In this document: positions 1-12,594 of the stretch, one piece after another
Layout: each line of letters begins with the position of its first letter
Position numbering within the stretch: the first letter of the stretch is position 1
NCBI GenBank assembly: GCA_964187785.1
Contig: OZ076417.1
Location: forward strand, 55,552,001 to 55,616,000
Direction: 5' to 3'
Length of the DNA stretch: 64,000 nucleotides
Source of the DNA: Amphiscolops sp. MND2022
Lineage: Eukaryota
The notes under the pieces: model-generated
What the model was told of the DNA's origin: nothing
The model's input: the letters and a program-made list of their open reading frames with translations, nothing else
Databases searched by the model: none
Made by a program: the position numbers and the translations under genes

Positions 1-1307
1 TCCTGATCTAAAAGACTAATCAAACAATTGAGAATCAAATGATGTTTTTGTTAGTAAATACCAGACTACTGTTCTGCTTTATTAAATATCAATTGATCTA
101 GAACCAGATATAGAAAAGATCGTTCATTGTTAGATTGGATATTAAAGAAAAGAGTTTCGATTCAAAAACCTGTTTTATTATTTCAACCAAGATATAGAAC
201 ATGGCGCAGTCAGCGTTTTAATTACCCACTTAATTTTACCGGAACAAAGAATATGACAACAGAAACGAAACAAAGTGAAGTACCGAACTTCGAAGCCACA
301 TCAGACGGGAAACGAATTTTTACACCGAATCAGTGGGTCGAAAGATTCCGGCAAAATACGAAAAGAAAATACAGAATCGACATTACCGAATTGATACAGG
401 GAGCTGAAATGACACAAAACGGTTGCACCGAAAGAGAAACGGAAATACAAGAAGAAATCTTTTGGGGCATAGGCCCCGAAACAATGTACCAAATGACACG
501 GGCAGAATACAAGAATACAAAACTGAACCGGACAAAATAGCGGTGAAAGATCTAATCCGAACAATTAACAAATACTTCCTACAAAAACGAAATTCATATC
601 ACAACCGCGGAGAATTCTTTTGGACAAAACACACTGAAACAGAAACACCCGAAGACTTCTGGCGGAGGCGGATAAAAACTGGAAAACAATGTGCTTTAAA
701 AGGAATTACAGCCGAAAATTTACTCATTCCGAAGTTTATGACCGCAATTACGGATACAAAACTCCGAGACAAACTAATGAGAGATAAGAAACTTGAATTG
801 AAGAAAACAATTGAGATGATCAAACAGAACAAATACGAAAGGAAGAACCGGAAAAACACAAAACCGGAAGCTTTAATTACAAGTCGAGAAAAAAATTAAA
901 AGGAGAATCAGTAGAAAAAATGGAACAATTCGGAACTAGACCACAAAACAGAATGACAAACGACAAACCTTTCGAATTTTGTAACGCACCAAAATGGAAC
1001 CCAACCCACAAATGTCCGTCATTGGATAAACTCTGCAACAATTGCTAAAAAAACACACTTTGCCAGAGTATGTAGACAAAAAGAAACTTACAAACGCAAA
1101 GTACAAAATGTAACCGAAAAGGAACAACAGCAATTGGCGGAGAATTCGACGAATCAAAATCGAGTTTCTAGACATTTGAAAAGATGAATAGAATTACCGA
1201 CAGCAAAAAATACCTGATAGTAAGGTGAAAGTGAACGGAATCGAAAAGGCATTCATAGTAGACACCGGATCACCCATCTCAATAATGCCGGAAGACGAAA
1301 ATATACT
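1..1307 (+). mobile_element. gag: Truncated, degenerate Gypsy element related to element A (presumed 5' LTR end, PBS, gag, zinc knuckles, start of protease)
   Basis: ...gaaca ends at 201, followed by PBS TGGCGCAGTCAG as in A. ORFs 127-540 and 423-899 match A gag (FTPxQWxERFRQ, YHNRGEFFW, FMTAITDTKLRDKLM). Protease FIVDTGSPISIMP at ~1250-1290, then homology ends abruptly. Confidence 0.9.
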
Positions 1308-1320
1308 CATTACGATACAC

Positions 1321-1620
1321 GTACCGGTAAGCTGCCTTTAGTCAAGCAGCGTAATCTGAGTAAAATGGTAAAATGGTCATTCAGCGTAAGTTAGTCAAGA
1401 CGGTCTATGCTTCAACGGTGTAGCAAAATCAACGCGCGTAATGGAAAATTGTGTAAGTTAGTCAAAACACGTAATTAGAAAAAAGCGGAAGTTAGTCCAA
1501 AAATACTCTTTTTCGTAAGTCAGTCAAAACGTTGACTAACTTCCACTTTTTGCAAATTGAGGGACTCCTATACTTCCGAAAAGTGGAATGTGGTCAAAGT
1601 TTTGACTAACTTACACCATG
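1321..1620. repeat. MITE-like segment with clustered subterminal repeats
   Basis: GTAAGTTAGTCAA-like motif about 5x forward (1337-1527) and 2x reverse (TTGACTAACTT ~1532, ~1602). No clear TIR/TSD pair. Confidence 0.4.
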
Positions 1621-2397
1621 TTTATATGCATTCAAAACTCAGTGTTCATTTTAATTCTAATTCATACCACAGCATCATAAACCAGTCAAAGTAAACAATG
1701 ATTCAATAAATAATTAGTTATCATTACTGAGCTCTACCGTGCATAGTACGTATAAACTGCATTCAATGCAAGTTGCACACGTGAACACGTGTGTTTCATC
1801 CACGCATTTACGTGCAAATAAAATACCTTGTAGCTTCTAATTAGTACAATTGATTGATCTGTCAACAGGTTTCCTATTTTAACAAAACAATTTTAAAGCA
1901 GCCCTCATTAATAGTTGCCTAACTAATTTTAATTTTGGTCCCTGTCGTGAGCACAGTCACCGGAATGATTGGTTAACTTGTTATTTTGGTCTGGGTCTTT
2001 TGAGCCAGGGTATTGGCAAGGATCTATTTTGATCCCTGTCGTGAGCAACATCAAGAAAAGTTGTAACAAATAATCTATACGAAGTTGAAACTTTATCAAA
2101 CCGAAAACAGTAGTTTATGGAATACCGATCTTGAATTATTGAACTAAAAACGAAGTTTGGACCATGTGCCTTATCCTCCCTCAGATAAATACTGTTTCTT
2201 ATCCAACAACACCCCCCCATCCTTCAATTGGTCAAATGGAAAAGAGAATGAGAGAATTGATTTCAAAATTGAATTACTTTGTATCATGGTTAAGCATTAA
2301 AAGCATTGAATAAAGCCACGTGACATATACGTCACGTTACATATACGGTACATGTATGTTTTAAAAGTTTATGAATGTGTGCAAAGCAGCGGCAAGT

Positions 2398-2691
2398 GGG
2401 GATGTTGGCGCGGTGGATAAGTCCATCGGATGTGACTGTTAGTCACTGAGTACCACAGGATCGATCCCAGCCATTAGCACACTGGCGAATCGATACATAC
2501 AACTCTTACAAAGATACCCTTCATATTTGGCAGCTCATGTCTCTCGGGCCGAATATTCCACATTGAAGGAATCAGCACCGCTGCAACATCCTTTTTGATG
2601 AGAGGAACTCCAAGGTGTGACCTTGTTCTGTGCCGCAACTTTGTGTGCCCCACAAATGATGCAATGATGATTGCTAATGATTGCAATGATT
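2398..2691 (+). mobile_element. tRNA-derived SINE
   Basis: Pol III A-box-like TGGCGCGGTGG (2406-2416), B-box-like GGATCGATCCC (2458-2468), a body reused nearby, and a short-repeat tail (AATGATTGC-like) ending ~2691. Confidence 0.6.
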
Positions 2692-2710
2692 AGAGATGGC
2701 GAGATACTAG

Positions 2711-3135
2711 CAGGGATGTTAAAATATTTATTTATCGTTTCGATAACCGCGATAAAATATCGGAATACATTATTGTTGCCTAGAAAATATTCAGATTTTT
2801 TATTGTCCAATAAAAATGAATTCCAATAATCGTGTGAAGCGTGCCTCGATTATCGACCAGTCTAAAAGCGAAACACATTTTGTCGCCAGAAAGAAAGCGA
2901 TTATACCCAATGCATGTTGAAGCCCTCATGTTTCTCAAAGCAAACGAAAAATTATGGGATGCAATATTGGTTTCGAAACTTTAGCAGCTAGAACTGTGAA
3001 CAACGATAATCGAAAATACTTCGATAATTTATTGTTGAGTTTGTAAAAATCCGATAATTTATCGCTGTGTTTGAAAAATATAAATAATTTATTGTTGTTC
3101 ACAATATTATTGCGATAAAATAATTAACATCCCTG
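2711..3135. mobile_element. hAT-type MITE (425 bp)
   Basis: TIR CAGGGATGTTAA / TTAACATCCCTG with perfect 8-bp TSD GATACTAG (2703-2710, 3136-3143). CAG termini plus 8-bp TSD are hAT hallmarks. Confidence 0.85.
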
Positions 3136-3189
3136 GATACTAGTATCCAAATTCTGGCCCCCATTCCTGGCTGCCAATGATATTCATAA

Positions 3190-3898
3190 AACTCTGACAA
3201 AGACACCCTTCCTATTCGGCGTCTCATGTCGCCGAATATTCCACATTGATGGTATTAACACCGCCGAAATATCCTTTTTGATGAGAGGAACTTTGATGGT
3301 GAATTCCCAAATAACATAAGAGCAAATAACATAAAAACGAAATTAGTTTCAAATAACATAAAAATGAAATGAGTTTGACTAAACATAAAAATAAAATTGT
3401 TTACGAGAAGGTTTTAGCTGTCAAAAGCATTCACAATTCAAAAGATTCACTCAAAAAAGTATGAAAATTACAAATAAACTATCGTGAGTTCGATTACCTA
3501 ACCGGGTATTCGGTTTTATTTTTATGNNNNNNNNNNNNNNNNNNNNNNNNNNNNNNNNNNNNNNNNNNNNNNNNNNNNNNNNNNNNNNNNNNNNNNNNNN
3601 NNNNNNNNNNNNNNNNNNNNNNNNNNNNNNNNNNNNNNNNNNNNNNNNNNNNNNNNNNNNNNNNNNNNNNNNNNNNNNNNNNNNNNNNNNNNNNNNNNNN
3701 NNNNNNNNNNNNNNNNNNNNNNNNNNNNNNNNNNNNNNNNNNNNNNNNNNNNNNNNNNNNNNNCACATTGAAGGTATCAACACCACTGTAACATCCTTGT
3801 AGTAGTAGTAGTAGCCTACTCAGTAGGCTACCTTCTGAGAAAATCCCACATTGAAGGAATCAACACCGCTGTAACATCCTTGTTGATGAGAGGAACTC
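3190..3898 (+). repeat. Three further partial copies of the SINE body
   Basis: CCACATTGA(A/T)GG(A/T)AT..ACACCGC..AA(C/T)ATCCT core at ~3241, ~3764 and ~3846, as at ~2559. Confidence 0.7.
3527..3763. other. Assembly gap (237 N)
   Basis: Run of n. Confidence 1.
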
Positions 3899-3992
3899 TT
3901 GAATGTAAACTTCCTTAAAAAGTTTAGACTGGTCCGATTAACTGTTTAAACTGATTGATTACGCAAAAATAGTGTGAAGAATTGAGATTCTA

Positions 3993-4107
3993 AATTCCAA
4001 ACTCTCAATTTGAAAAAAATTAAATTGATGGTTTCTAGTTTGTATTCAACTTGAATACAAACTAGAAACCATCAATTTAATTTTTTTCAAAGTGAGAGTT
4101 TGGAATT
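3993..4107. repeat. Near-perfect palindrome (57-bp arms, 1-nt centre)
   Basis: AATTCCAAACTCTC...TATTCAA-C-TTGAATA...GAGAGTTTGGAATT, 1 mismatch. Confidence 0.95.
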
Positions 4108-4805
4108 GAGATACAAACATTCTTTTTTTGAAATCTTCTGATCTTTTTTGATACCTGTCGTGAGCTTCAGCAAAAACTGTTCCGAAAAATTGTTTTTTCG
4201 ATTAACTGTACTCTTTTGTACGAAAGAAAGGAAAGTAAAGACAAGATTAAAAAGCCATTATTTTAAAAGTAACCCGCTTTTGAGTTTTGTAAACGAACGA
4301 TTTTCATAAATCAGGGAAGTTTACAAAAGTGTAGTTCCAAACTGAACGAACTGTTTCATTCTTTTGTTTACCATTCATCAATCAAATTTTAAGTTGTTAC
4401 AGCTACTCATGGTTTTCTTTAAGGATGCGAATAAGTCCTACCTTATAAGGTAACGAAAGTTTCACTCATCATGAGTGATGATCAGCTCTCATTTCCTTAT
4501 AAGGTACGCGCTGTCCCATTTCTATGAAAAAGCTACCTTATTACCTTATTTGGTCAATACGGTGATTCATCGTTGACGAACAAGCGTGCGCGTATTACCT
4601 TATTTGGTCAGTAAGCGCCTGCTTTAAAATATTTCAAGTTTGATCGCGGTAAAATTCCAATTAAATTGGCGGTTATCAGATCTTCTCGAAGAGACCAATT
4701 TCCCTTATGAGTAGGCATTGGATTTATTTGGAAATTACAGTAGTAGCAGAAGCATACAATAAATTATGGATACCATTTGGTTGATGGCTAGACAATACGG
4801 AAAAA

Positions 4806-4910
4806 AATACGGAAGAAGCGTTGAATATGTGAAAGTAAAAACAGTCTTTACTTCTGAGTCAGAAATAAATACTGTTTTTATTTTCACATATTCAACGCTT
4901 CTTCCGTATT
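4806..4910. repeat. Near-perfect palindrome (52-bp arms, 1-nt centre)
   Basis: AATACGGAAGAAGCG...TTCTGA-G-TCAGAA...CGCTTCTTCCGTATT, 3 mismatches. Confidence 0.95.
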
Positions 4911-5610
4911 CTGAGAAGTACTGAGATTAGTGATTGTTAATCGTGTCGCTTCTCAGAAACGTCAATTTAGCTAAGTATTGAATAATTTCTATCAAAATAG
5001 ATATAAACTTATGTAAGGCGAAATATGGAGAAACATGACATTTGGATACAAATAAATCCTAAGCCTACTCATGATTGTTCGCTATGGATGAATCAAATGA
5101 AGATGTTTGGAATTTGGCAGTCAGAATTTGTAACAGACAGCAATATCATTGTTTTGTTGGTAAATATGAACGCCAATGCGAATTCTAAAATTGATGATTG
5201 ACACTTCAATAGTGATTCTTTCTCACCACTGTTACAATACGCTTCTGACAGCAGAAAGTGGTTCGCAATACTAGCCCCGAGAAGAAAAGTTTAGCTCCGA
5301 AATTTATCATTACTAGAAAAGCAAAACGGTTGACCGTTGAATCCTCTCCCTTTACAGAAGTTTCAACAGTGTTAGTAGGTAAGATATTGATAGTTTTGTT
5401 TCCTTTCCGTAGTATTCAGCTATCTAAAAATTTATTCTCTTCACTAAAAGCTTTAAATATAGTATATCTTCAAACAAACTCCTGTTTCACCTCCTTTGGA
5501 AAAACGAATAATTCTTCTTTATTGAATCTGAATCAGTTACTAAGGAACTGGATATAAGTTGAGTCGGACACTTTTCAATGTCCCTCATATTATCGTCACG
5601 GCTGTGATTA

Positions 5611-5724
5611 CGCTCACGGCAGGGACCAAAGTTCAGAAATTTGATTGAGAGTAAAAACATTTATGGTAAACAAGGTAACTCAGTAAACAAACAAAATCCT
5701 GAAATTTGGTCCCTGTCGTGAGCG
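5611..5724. mobile_element. Miniature inverted-repeat element (~114 bp)
   Basis: 20-bp TIR CGCTCACG(G/A)CAGGGACCAAA / TTTGGTCCCTGTCGTGAGCG. Orphan copies of the right end at 1933, 2027, 4146, 6292. Confidence 0.65.
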
Positions 5725-5788
5725 CAATGTTATTAAACAATTCATTAACTTGTCAGCATAACAACAAACACTGTCTGCCAGGCAACAG

Positions 5789-5875
5789 TGGCCGACAATA
5801 ATTGATAAATTGTTTAATGCGTAAATTTAATGATTAAATTTACGCAATAAACAATTTATCAATTATTGTCGGCCA
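5789..5875. repeat. Near-perfect palindrome (43-bp arms, 1-nt centre)
   Basis: TGGCCGACAATAATTG...AATTTAAT-G-ATTAAATT...CAATTATTGTCGGCCA, 1 mismatch. Confidence 0.95.
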
Positions 5876-5928
5876 GACCGTGATGATGAATTGTTTAATG
5901 ATAAATTGTTTAAACTGAGTTGCAGCTA

Positions 5929-6288
5929 CTAGGTGAACCAAAAAAAACGGAACGTACAAAAAATTCTTGAGCTCTCAAAGATCCAAATATTTGACAACTG
6001 AAGTTTCAAAGCAACGTTCAACGCTCCTGTCAATCATTCAAATTTGGTATATTTCTTAGAAGCGAAAATGCTTTCGCACATTGAAAGTAAGAACGAAATG
6101 ACTGGTATAGACGTCTAGACTATTTTTGATGGTTCAAACCATCATTCGTTGGAGATGTGATTACGTAATATGAGCTTCAATCAAAATATTTGATAGATAA
6201 AATTGAAAGATTCTCAGTGCCTTGTTTACAAACAATACGATTTTGAAGACACAAAAATTTGCACGTTCCGTTTTTTTGGTTCACCTAG
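5929..6288. mobile_element. Tc1/mariner-type MITE (360 bp)
   Basis: TIR CTAGGTGAACCAAAAAAA(A)CGGAACGT / ACGTTCCGTTTTTTTGGTTCACCTAG flanked by TA (5927-5928, 6289-6290). Confidence 0.85.
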
Positions 6289-6514
6289 TAATTTTGGTCC
6301 CTGGTGTAAGCGCCTGATGTAATAAAACGTTCCTATGACTAAAATGACTCCGATGACTTCTGATCAAGGAAAACGCTAATTTGAAAATTCCATTTTGTAA
6401 TTTTTGTATTTATGATACTTTTATTTAAAAAATGCAATAATCATGATCGTAATCATTTGAGGATCACACCATTTGAATATCATATGAAAAGTTACATGAC
6501 AAATGAAGTTGAAA

Positions 6515-7471
6515 TTAGGAGCAATGTTCCTTTACGTGCATCCTATAATTTTCCATTGTCTTGAAATTAACATTGGATACGAGTGTCGCGTGAACATTAA
6601 TGTTGCTGTTGAAGTTTAGAGTTGATGTTTTGTCAACTTTGAATTTCAGGGACGTAATGACAGCTGTTCCATCCGCAACTTTGTCCCATTCGTTGCCCAA
6701 TATGTGGTCCCATGCTGATGTTGAAAAAGGGCCGTCGTCTTCTTTGATGGAGAATGTCACTGGGCCATTTGTGACACCGAACGCGTGAATCGTCGCATCA
6801 GTGCAAGGGGCAAAATCTTGCTTGATGTCTTTGACTCTGCTGCGTCCACTGAGGGAATTCATCAGCAAGTTTTTCAGGTTAGAATATGCCCAATACACTA
6901 ACGCATGGTCGTCGTATAACGGCGCGCCAGGTGCGTTTTCAACTGCTCCCAGTCTTTTTTTCCGGAGATAACTTACAGGGACTGTTGCGGTAAAGGAAGG
7001 ATCGTCCTGTTTTTCGACTTCTACGAGAAGTTTCGTCTTTAAATAGTAAATAGAATTAATCTTCCAATCGCAGCCCAAAATTTCAACAATGTCTCCCTTG
7101 ATGACGACTCCGGTGCTGATGGGGACACAAACTAGTTCTTTTCGTTCAAGTGGGGTACTTTTGAAACTCTGGGAAGGNNNNNNNNNNNNNNNNNNNNNNN
7201 NNNNNNNNNNNNNNNNNNNNNNNNNNNNNNNNNNNNNNNNNNNNNNNNNNNNNNNNNNNNNNNNNNNNNNNNNNNNNNNNNNNNNNNNNNNNNNNNNNNN
7301 NNNNNNNNNNNNNNNNNNNNNNNNNNNNNNNNNNNNNNNNNNNNNNNNNNNNNNNNNNNNNNNNNNNNNNNNNNNNNTTTTAAAAGGGTAATTGAGCAGA
7401 AGTTTCGAGAAAAAAGCAGCGTAATTCACGCTACCGATAGCAATTAAAAACTGGACCAGGTCGACGAGCAC
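6515..7471 (-). CDS. Unassigned ORF spanning a gap; ~220 open codons after the gap
   Basis: No stop over 6515-7177 in an AT-rich region, and protein-like composition. True start unknown because of the gap. No recognised family. Confidence 0.45.
   Translation of the reverse strand: MLVDLVQFLIAIGSVNYAAFFSKLLLNYPFKXXXXXXXXXXXXXXXXXXXXXXXXXXXXXXXXXXXXXXXXXXXXXXXXXXXXXXXXXXXXXXXXXXXPSQSFKSTPLERKELVCVPISTGVVIKGDIVEILGCDWKINSIYYLKTKLLVEVEKQDDPSFTATVPVSYLRKKRLGAVENAPGAPLYDDHALVYWAYSNLKNLLMNSLSGRSRVKDIKQDFAPCTDATIHAFGVTNGPVTFSIKEDDGPFSTSAWDHILGNEWDKVADGTAVITSLKFKVDKTSTLNFNSNINVHATLVSNVNFKTMENYRMHVKEHCS
7178..7377. other. Assembly gap (200 N)
   Basis: Run of n. Confidence 1.
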
Positions 7472-9639
7472 TCCACTTGACGCAACATTTTCCTCTAACT
7501 TGACACGTAGCAGATCCTTTTTTCACTTCGCAGACACATTCTTCACTTCGCAGATCCCTTCTCATCTTCGCAGACTCGCTCTTCGTTTTACCCACGCCCT
7601 TCGTCACTAGTCTTCTAGCTGAACCAGAGCTCCATTTCAAACTGTATTTCAAACTTTAAACTGTAACTTTAGCATGATTTATGTTAATCTTTAGTTTAGA
7701 TCCTATATATCTTGTATCCATTATATTATTGTATAATCACAATCTCATAGTGCTAACATGATAATCTCAATAAATTGTAGTCTCTTTTAATTTCCGTGCT
7801 CACATTTATATTCATATTAATTTGTAGTATATAGTGCAAAATTATGGAAACAAATACCAAACTCGTCAATTATATCAAAAAAATTGTTGTCTATTTTACG
7901 TTTTGTACTACACGGATGATTCCTCCTAAGTTTCCAAAAACCAAACCAATTGAGACGTTTTGGAGTTTGAAACACGTTTCGACGTTCACTCTTGTTCTTC
8001 ACTTCTGTCGAATAAGAATAAGAACCTTGCTCCAAATGAATTCTTCTTTGTTCACTACCCGCCAATTCAAACTACCCGCTGTTCAAATTTCATTGACAAG
8101 TCAATCTTAATATTCTTCTTCAGCTCCAACAAATTTTCAGTTTGAATTTTCGTGTTGAAGAACATAAGCTTTTGTCAATGCCAACGAATAAATATTAAAA
8201 TCGAAAGCAAGTTGTCAACCGATATCTTGAACTACACTTTCGGTCAAACATTCATACTGACCTTTCAAAAAACGTTGCACCAATGTGAACCGTTCTAACA
8301 TTGGACGTTAAAAACGCCTTCGGCTGTTCCCACTCCTCAAGTATAGTTTGGAACAAATGCAAACTTTTCAAATTCCTGTTTGATTGTGATGCATGACCTC
8401 AAGTCTTTTCATATTCTTGAGTTATATCTAGACTCCATGACCGAATAACTTGACAGATGTCACTTCATTTAGAAGTTAGTACTTTGGTTTTAAGATACTG
8501 ATACTTTGCAATGAATTCTTTGTAGATCTAATCTTATCGTCTTCACGTTGTAATGAGTTGAATGTTATTCAATCTTTGTAATCACTTGTAATCACTGTAA
8601 CTGTAATCTTTAATAAAGAGTCACTAGAATCTTGTAATTCGACTGGACTCCCATCTTGCAGAGATGGAAGAAAAGAACTGAGAACTCAGAGTAAAAGATA
8701 GCTAGCTAAGTAAACGGTTTTGTTTAGGGCTCATAAACTTCTTTTGTACTCTTTAAATGAAATAAACTTTAACTTCTACCCAGCCTTAAGCATCTCAGAT
8801 GACAATGGCAACAACCCCATTTGTTAGTGGGTTGTGAGTAACCCATTTTCTGTTGTACCTTGCATGAGTTTTCTTCTTGTGGAAATTTGAGTTCCTGATT
8901 TCAAAAGCGCATAGACTTTGTCCACAGTGCGCTTACAAATAAAAATACCGACAAAAAATTCGTGAAAAACTGGTAGTTTGGAAATAGAAGAAACATGTGC
9001 TTTTTCATGCATGGATTTCAACATAAAATTGACTGAAGACCAATGAACACAACAGCTCAGGTTTCTTTGCTGTTGAAGTCTGTGGAAAACTCCGTCTTAA
9101 CTCTATAAAAAAGTTTTGGCGAAAAATAAATATTTCACTGCTGAGAGTTTTTTGCCAATCGATTTGCTCGTTCGGCATGGAAAATAAACAAGACGGGAAC
9201 GTGTAAAGTCGGTGCTCTATCCAAAGCTCACAGAGTGCAGTTTTCAAAATATGCGTAAGACGTTCTCTTTAAAAACTCCTGTTTTCGAACCTCCGTTCCT
9301 CCTCATCAAAACTCAATGTAGTTCGAACATAACGTCAAAGTTCGGGTTTAGCGCTTTACACCGGATATCACGTCAAAATTTCGGATAATCATTGGTGGAT
9401 ATATATTGAGAATGTCAGACGAAAAATGACAGTTGAAAAAAAGTGAAAATTGAGAGTTTTGAGCAGTCTCATTGTGCCGAAAAATCTAAAAGAGGGATCA
9501 TTTGAGAAGCTGTGTCAACTAGTGTAATGACTTGTCAATGCGTGTAATGTGTGACAAGTGTAAATCTTGCTAGATCCAGCTAGTCCGTTACAGAGATGTG
9601 TCTCGTAATGTCTGAATATCACTGGGGATCTTCAATAAA

Positions 9640-9725
9640 ATCGAAGGGTGGACCCTTTGGAGACAAAAAGATTTCAAAAAAAGTGCCGAAAAAATCAAAA
9701 GGGGTGACCCTTCAGTCTAGTCCGG
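9640..9725 (+). repeat. Dispersed repeat unit also present at ~45380-45565
   Basis: AAAATCGAAGGG(T)GGACCCTTTGG...AAAAAAGTGCCGAAAAAA resembles AAATTGAAGGGGGGACCCTTTGG...CAGTACCGAAAAAAA at 45.4-45.6 kb. Confidence 0.55.
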
Positions 9726-11779
9726 GTTTGTAGGTTACGTTTAAAACGTGAAAAATGAAAGCGGACCCTTTGCAATAACTTAATTGCGTTTCCCGGGTAT
9801 TCGTTTAGGTGAGCAAACTGAACAAAAATTTCGTCGCATTCGAGTGTGTCTTAATGAAAAAAACGAGTGACTGGAATATTCGGGTTTTTTTCTTAAGAAA
9901 AGCGCCGACTAAAAACATCTTGGTTATCAACCATCAAAACAAAATGGTGCCACTTTGTTAAAGTTCTGTAAGGGAAACCAAAAATGAAAAAAAATCTCGA
10001 AATTGCCCTCGAGGCTTCTCGCCAAAGTTTTGTTTTGAAGTTGATATCGTTTCGACTAATGAAGTTGAAATCTTATTGCAAATTAAACATAACACAACAT
10101 TTTTGCCTCTCTGCAAATAATGTATTCAAAAATGACAGTTGAAAAACACTTTTGCATTTTGGAAAAATGCCCGGAGTAGTTATCAGTTGAAGAACTCTCC
10201 AAAGTTGGAAGATAGTTACTTGAAAAACGAAAGCACGATTAGGTATATCAATGCTGTCGAAAACAGATTCTGAAAAGACTCAGATTTCAAAATGTTGTCA
10301 GCTTCTGTCAGCACTTCTGCGTACGAAGTTTATTCATTCAAGATTCCTGCTGTCAATCCTACTGCTGAGACACAGTTGAAAACTGCTTTCAGTAAAATTT
10401 ATAGAACCCCCATCAAATAACTTCGTGAGATTCTTTCACACTGAATTTGCGCAAACACCCTTCACCATCGAGAGAATACCCGAACCTGACTTTGAAAATG
10501 TTTCTTTTTTCAGGACTTTGCTCTCAGATAACACTTCCAACAAGCCCAACTCAGCCCCCCAATTTCGTGTACCTCAGAGTCCCTTGGTTGGTTAGCCAGT
10601 TTGAGTTTGTGTACGTCTGTGATCTTTCGTTTACAGTTACTTGAATCTGAAGTGAACGAAACGATGGTAACTAAAACTATTTGAAGTGGCAAACATTTTC
10701 CATGATTTTCCAAGACTTGCAGACATGAACGAGTAATTCAAAAAACATTATATTCAAATATATTAACAATAAATAAATAAATAAGTTTCGTGCTTTGCAC
10801 TCTCTTTGTTTTTCGTTTTTGTTCCAGTGTATCTGTGTTTTAGGTCAATATGTTTTCATTTTCATTTCAACCCTAGTCGAGATTGCTTGAACTTTTTACA
10901 TGCTGCATGGAAACATGCAGGCTAATTTTTTATAAAACATGGAAAATTGCGGGACCATGCATGGAAACATTTTGTAGGGTTACTATGTAGCTTTCACTGT
11001 TTGAATTAAAACTGAAAACAATTCCACTTCTTCGCCGCAGAGATCACTTTGTTTTCACGCGTAAGTTTCTCATGTAAGTACCTTATGTAATCACCGTTAG
11101 TCAAATAGCTCGCTGAATATTACACTACTTTGAAACTTATAATGTGACTGAAGTTTATTTGCATTGAAAGCAAAATTGATAAGTAAAATTGAATGAAAGT
11201 CTCAGCTGCTTTTAAAATTAGAGCCGCTGCTTGATGAAACCTGCAAAACGTCGCGGCTGGCAATTGCCTCCAAATTTAAGATGCATTTTACAGGCAGCTT
11301 GATAAAAATTAAATCGAACCAGTGAAGTTTTAATGCATGGACATTTCTTTGAGAATTTTATAAAATCATGGAAAATCAGCTTTGTAACCTACAAAAACAT
11401 GTGAAAAGTTCAAGCAGTTCCAACCAGGAATACTTCAACGAATTAACACGAGTTTTTGATTTTAATCGTCTATGCAAATTCCACGAAACTCAATTACCAG
11501 AAAACAATTCAGGAAAAGTTAAAATATGTTACCTGCGAAGTTTGGTATAGTTACTAATGGATGTAAATACCGTCCTAGAAATGTGCAAATGGAGACTTTG
11601 TTCGATTCGTATATTTTTCCTAACACACTATAGGAAAGTGTGATAAATATGGTCATTGATTGTTGACCAGGAACAAAGTAATTCGTTTTAATTTTGAAAG
11701 AATGTCGTTTCAAGTTATTTCGACATCCCTGAGTCTGGTAACATTAGCAAGGGAAAAACGTTAAAAAGAAATACAGCGA

Positions 11780-12594
11780 CCCGGGTTGACCCTCTTACTA
11801 GCATCTTGGCTGTCTTGGCAAGATCTTGCCAAATTCTTACTACATCTTGGCAACCATGGATCCCATGGCAAGATTCTTATGAAGATCTTACTAAGATAAT
11901 ACTTTTTCCAAGATCGTATCTTATCACGATGGACAAATTTTAAGATTATAAAAAAACACTATACCTTCGGTACAAGCAGCCGAGACTCAATCTAAAGGCT
12001 CATTTCACCCAACAACGACTAATTCTACTCGTTTTCATAATCAAAATGCTTAAACCTGCTGAAAAAATTTTTGCATGCAAAAATGTGTGAAAAATTACGA
12101 TAACGTAGTCTGGCTTCCAAAATTTTGACGAAAATCCTAATAATTCCTCACTTGTTTAAGACTGAAAAATGCCGAATGTACCAAATGAAAGGTAATTTCA
12201 AGGGCTTTTCAAAACTTGTAATTTATCATTCCTCTCGATTCCAGAGACGGAGAAATATGCTCTCAAACGTCCAGACCCACTATCGGAAAGTTACAAAGGA
12301 AAGACCTTAAAATCCTGAAATTTTTGTAAAAATCATATTTCCAGCTTTCTTTGAGCCTGTGTCAGCAGCCTTATTATTGCTAGAAACGGCGGTCATTGCT
12401 CTAATTTGGGTAATGATTCAGCTCAAGGCTTTTCTGACGCCGTTCTTGGAAACATGGCTCTCTTAATAAGATCTTACCATGGCATCTTGCAATTCTTGGC
12501 AATATCTTGTCACGATCTTAGCTAAGATTTTTCCAAGATCTTGGCAAGATCTTGCCAAGATCTTACTAAGATATCCATGGAAGGTCGACCCGGG
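11780..12594. mobile_element. Nested CACTA-like MITE (815 bp)
   Basis: TIR CCCGGGTTGACC / GGTCGACCCGGG, 2-bp TSD GA, many AAGATCTT subterminal repeats at both ends. Confidence 0.75.

Noticed and set aside
7800-8810. Possible LINE ORF1 relic or solo LTR
   Set aside because: No diagnostic motif, TG...CA pair or TSD could be established.
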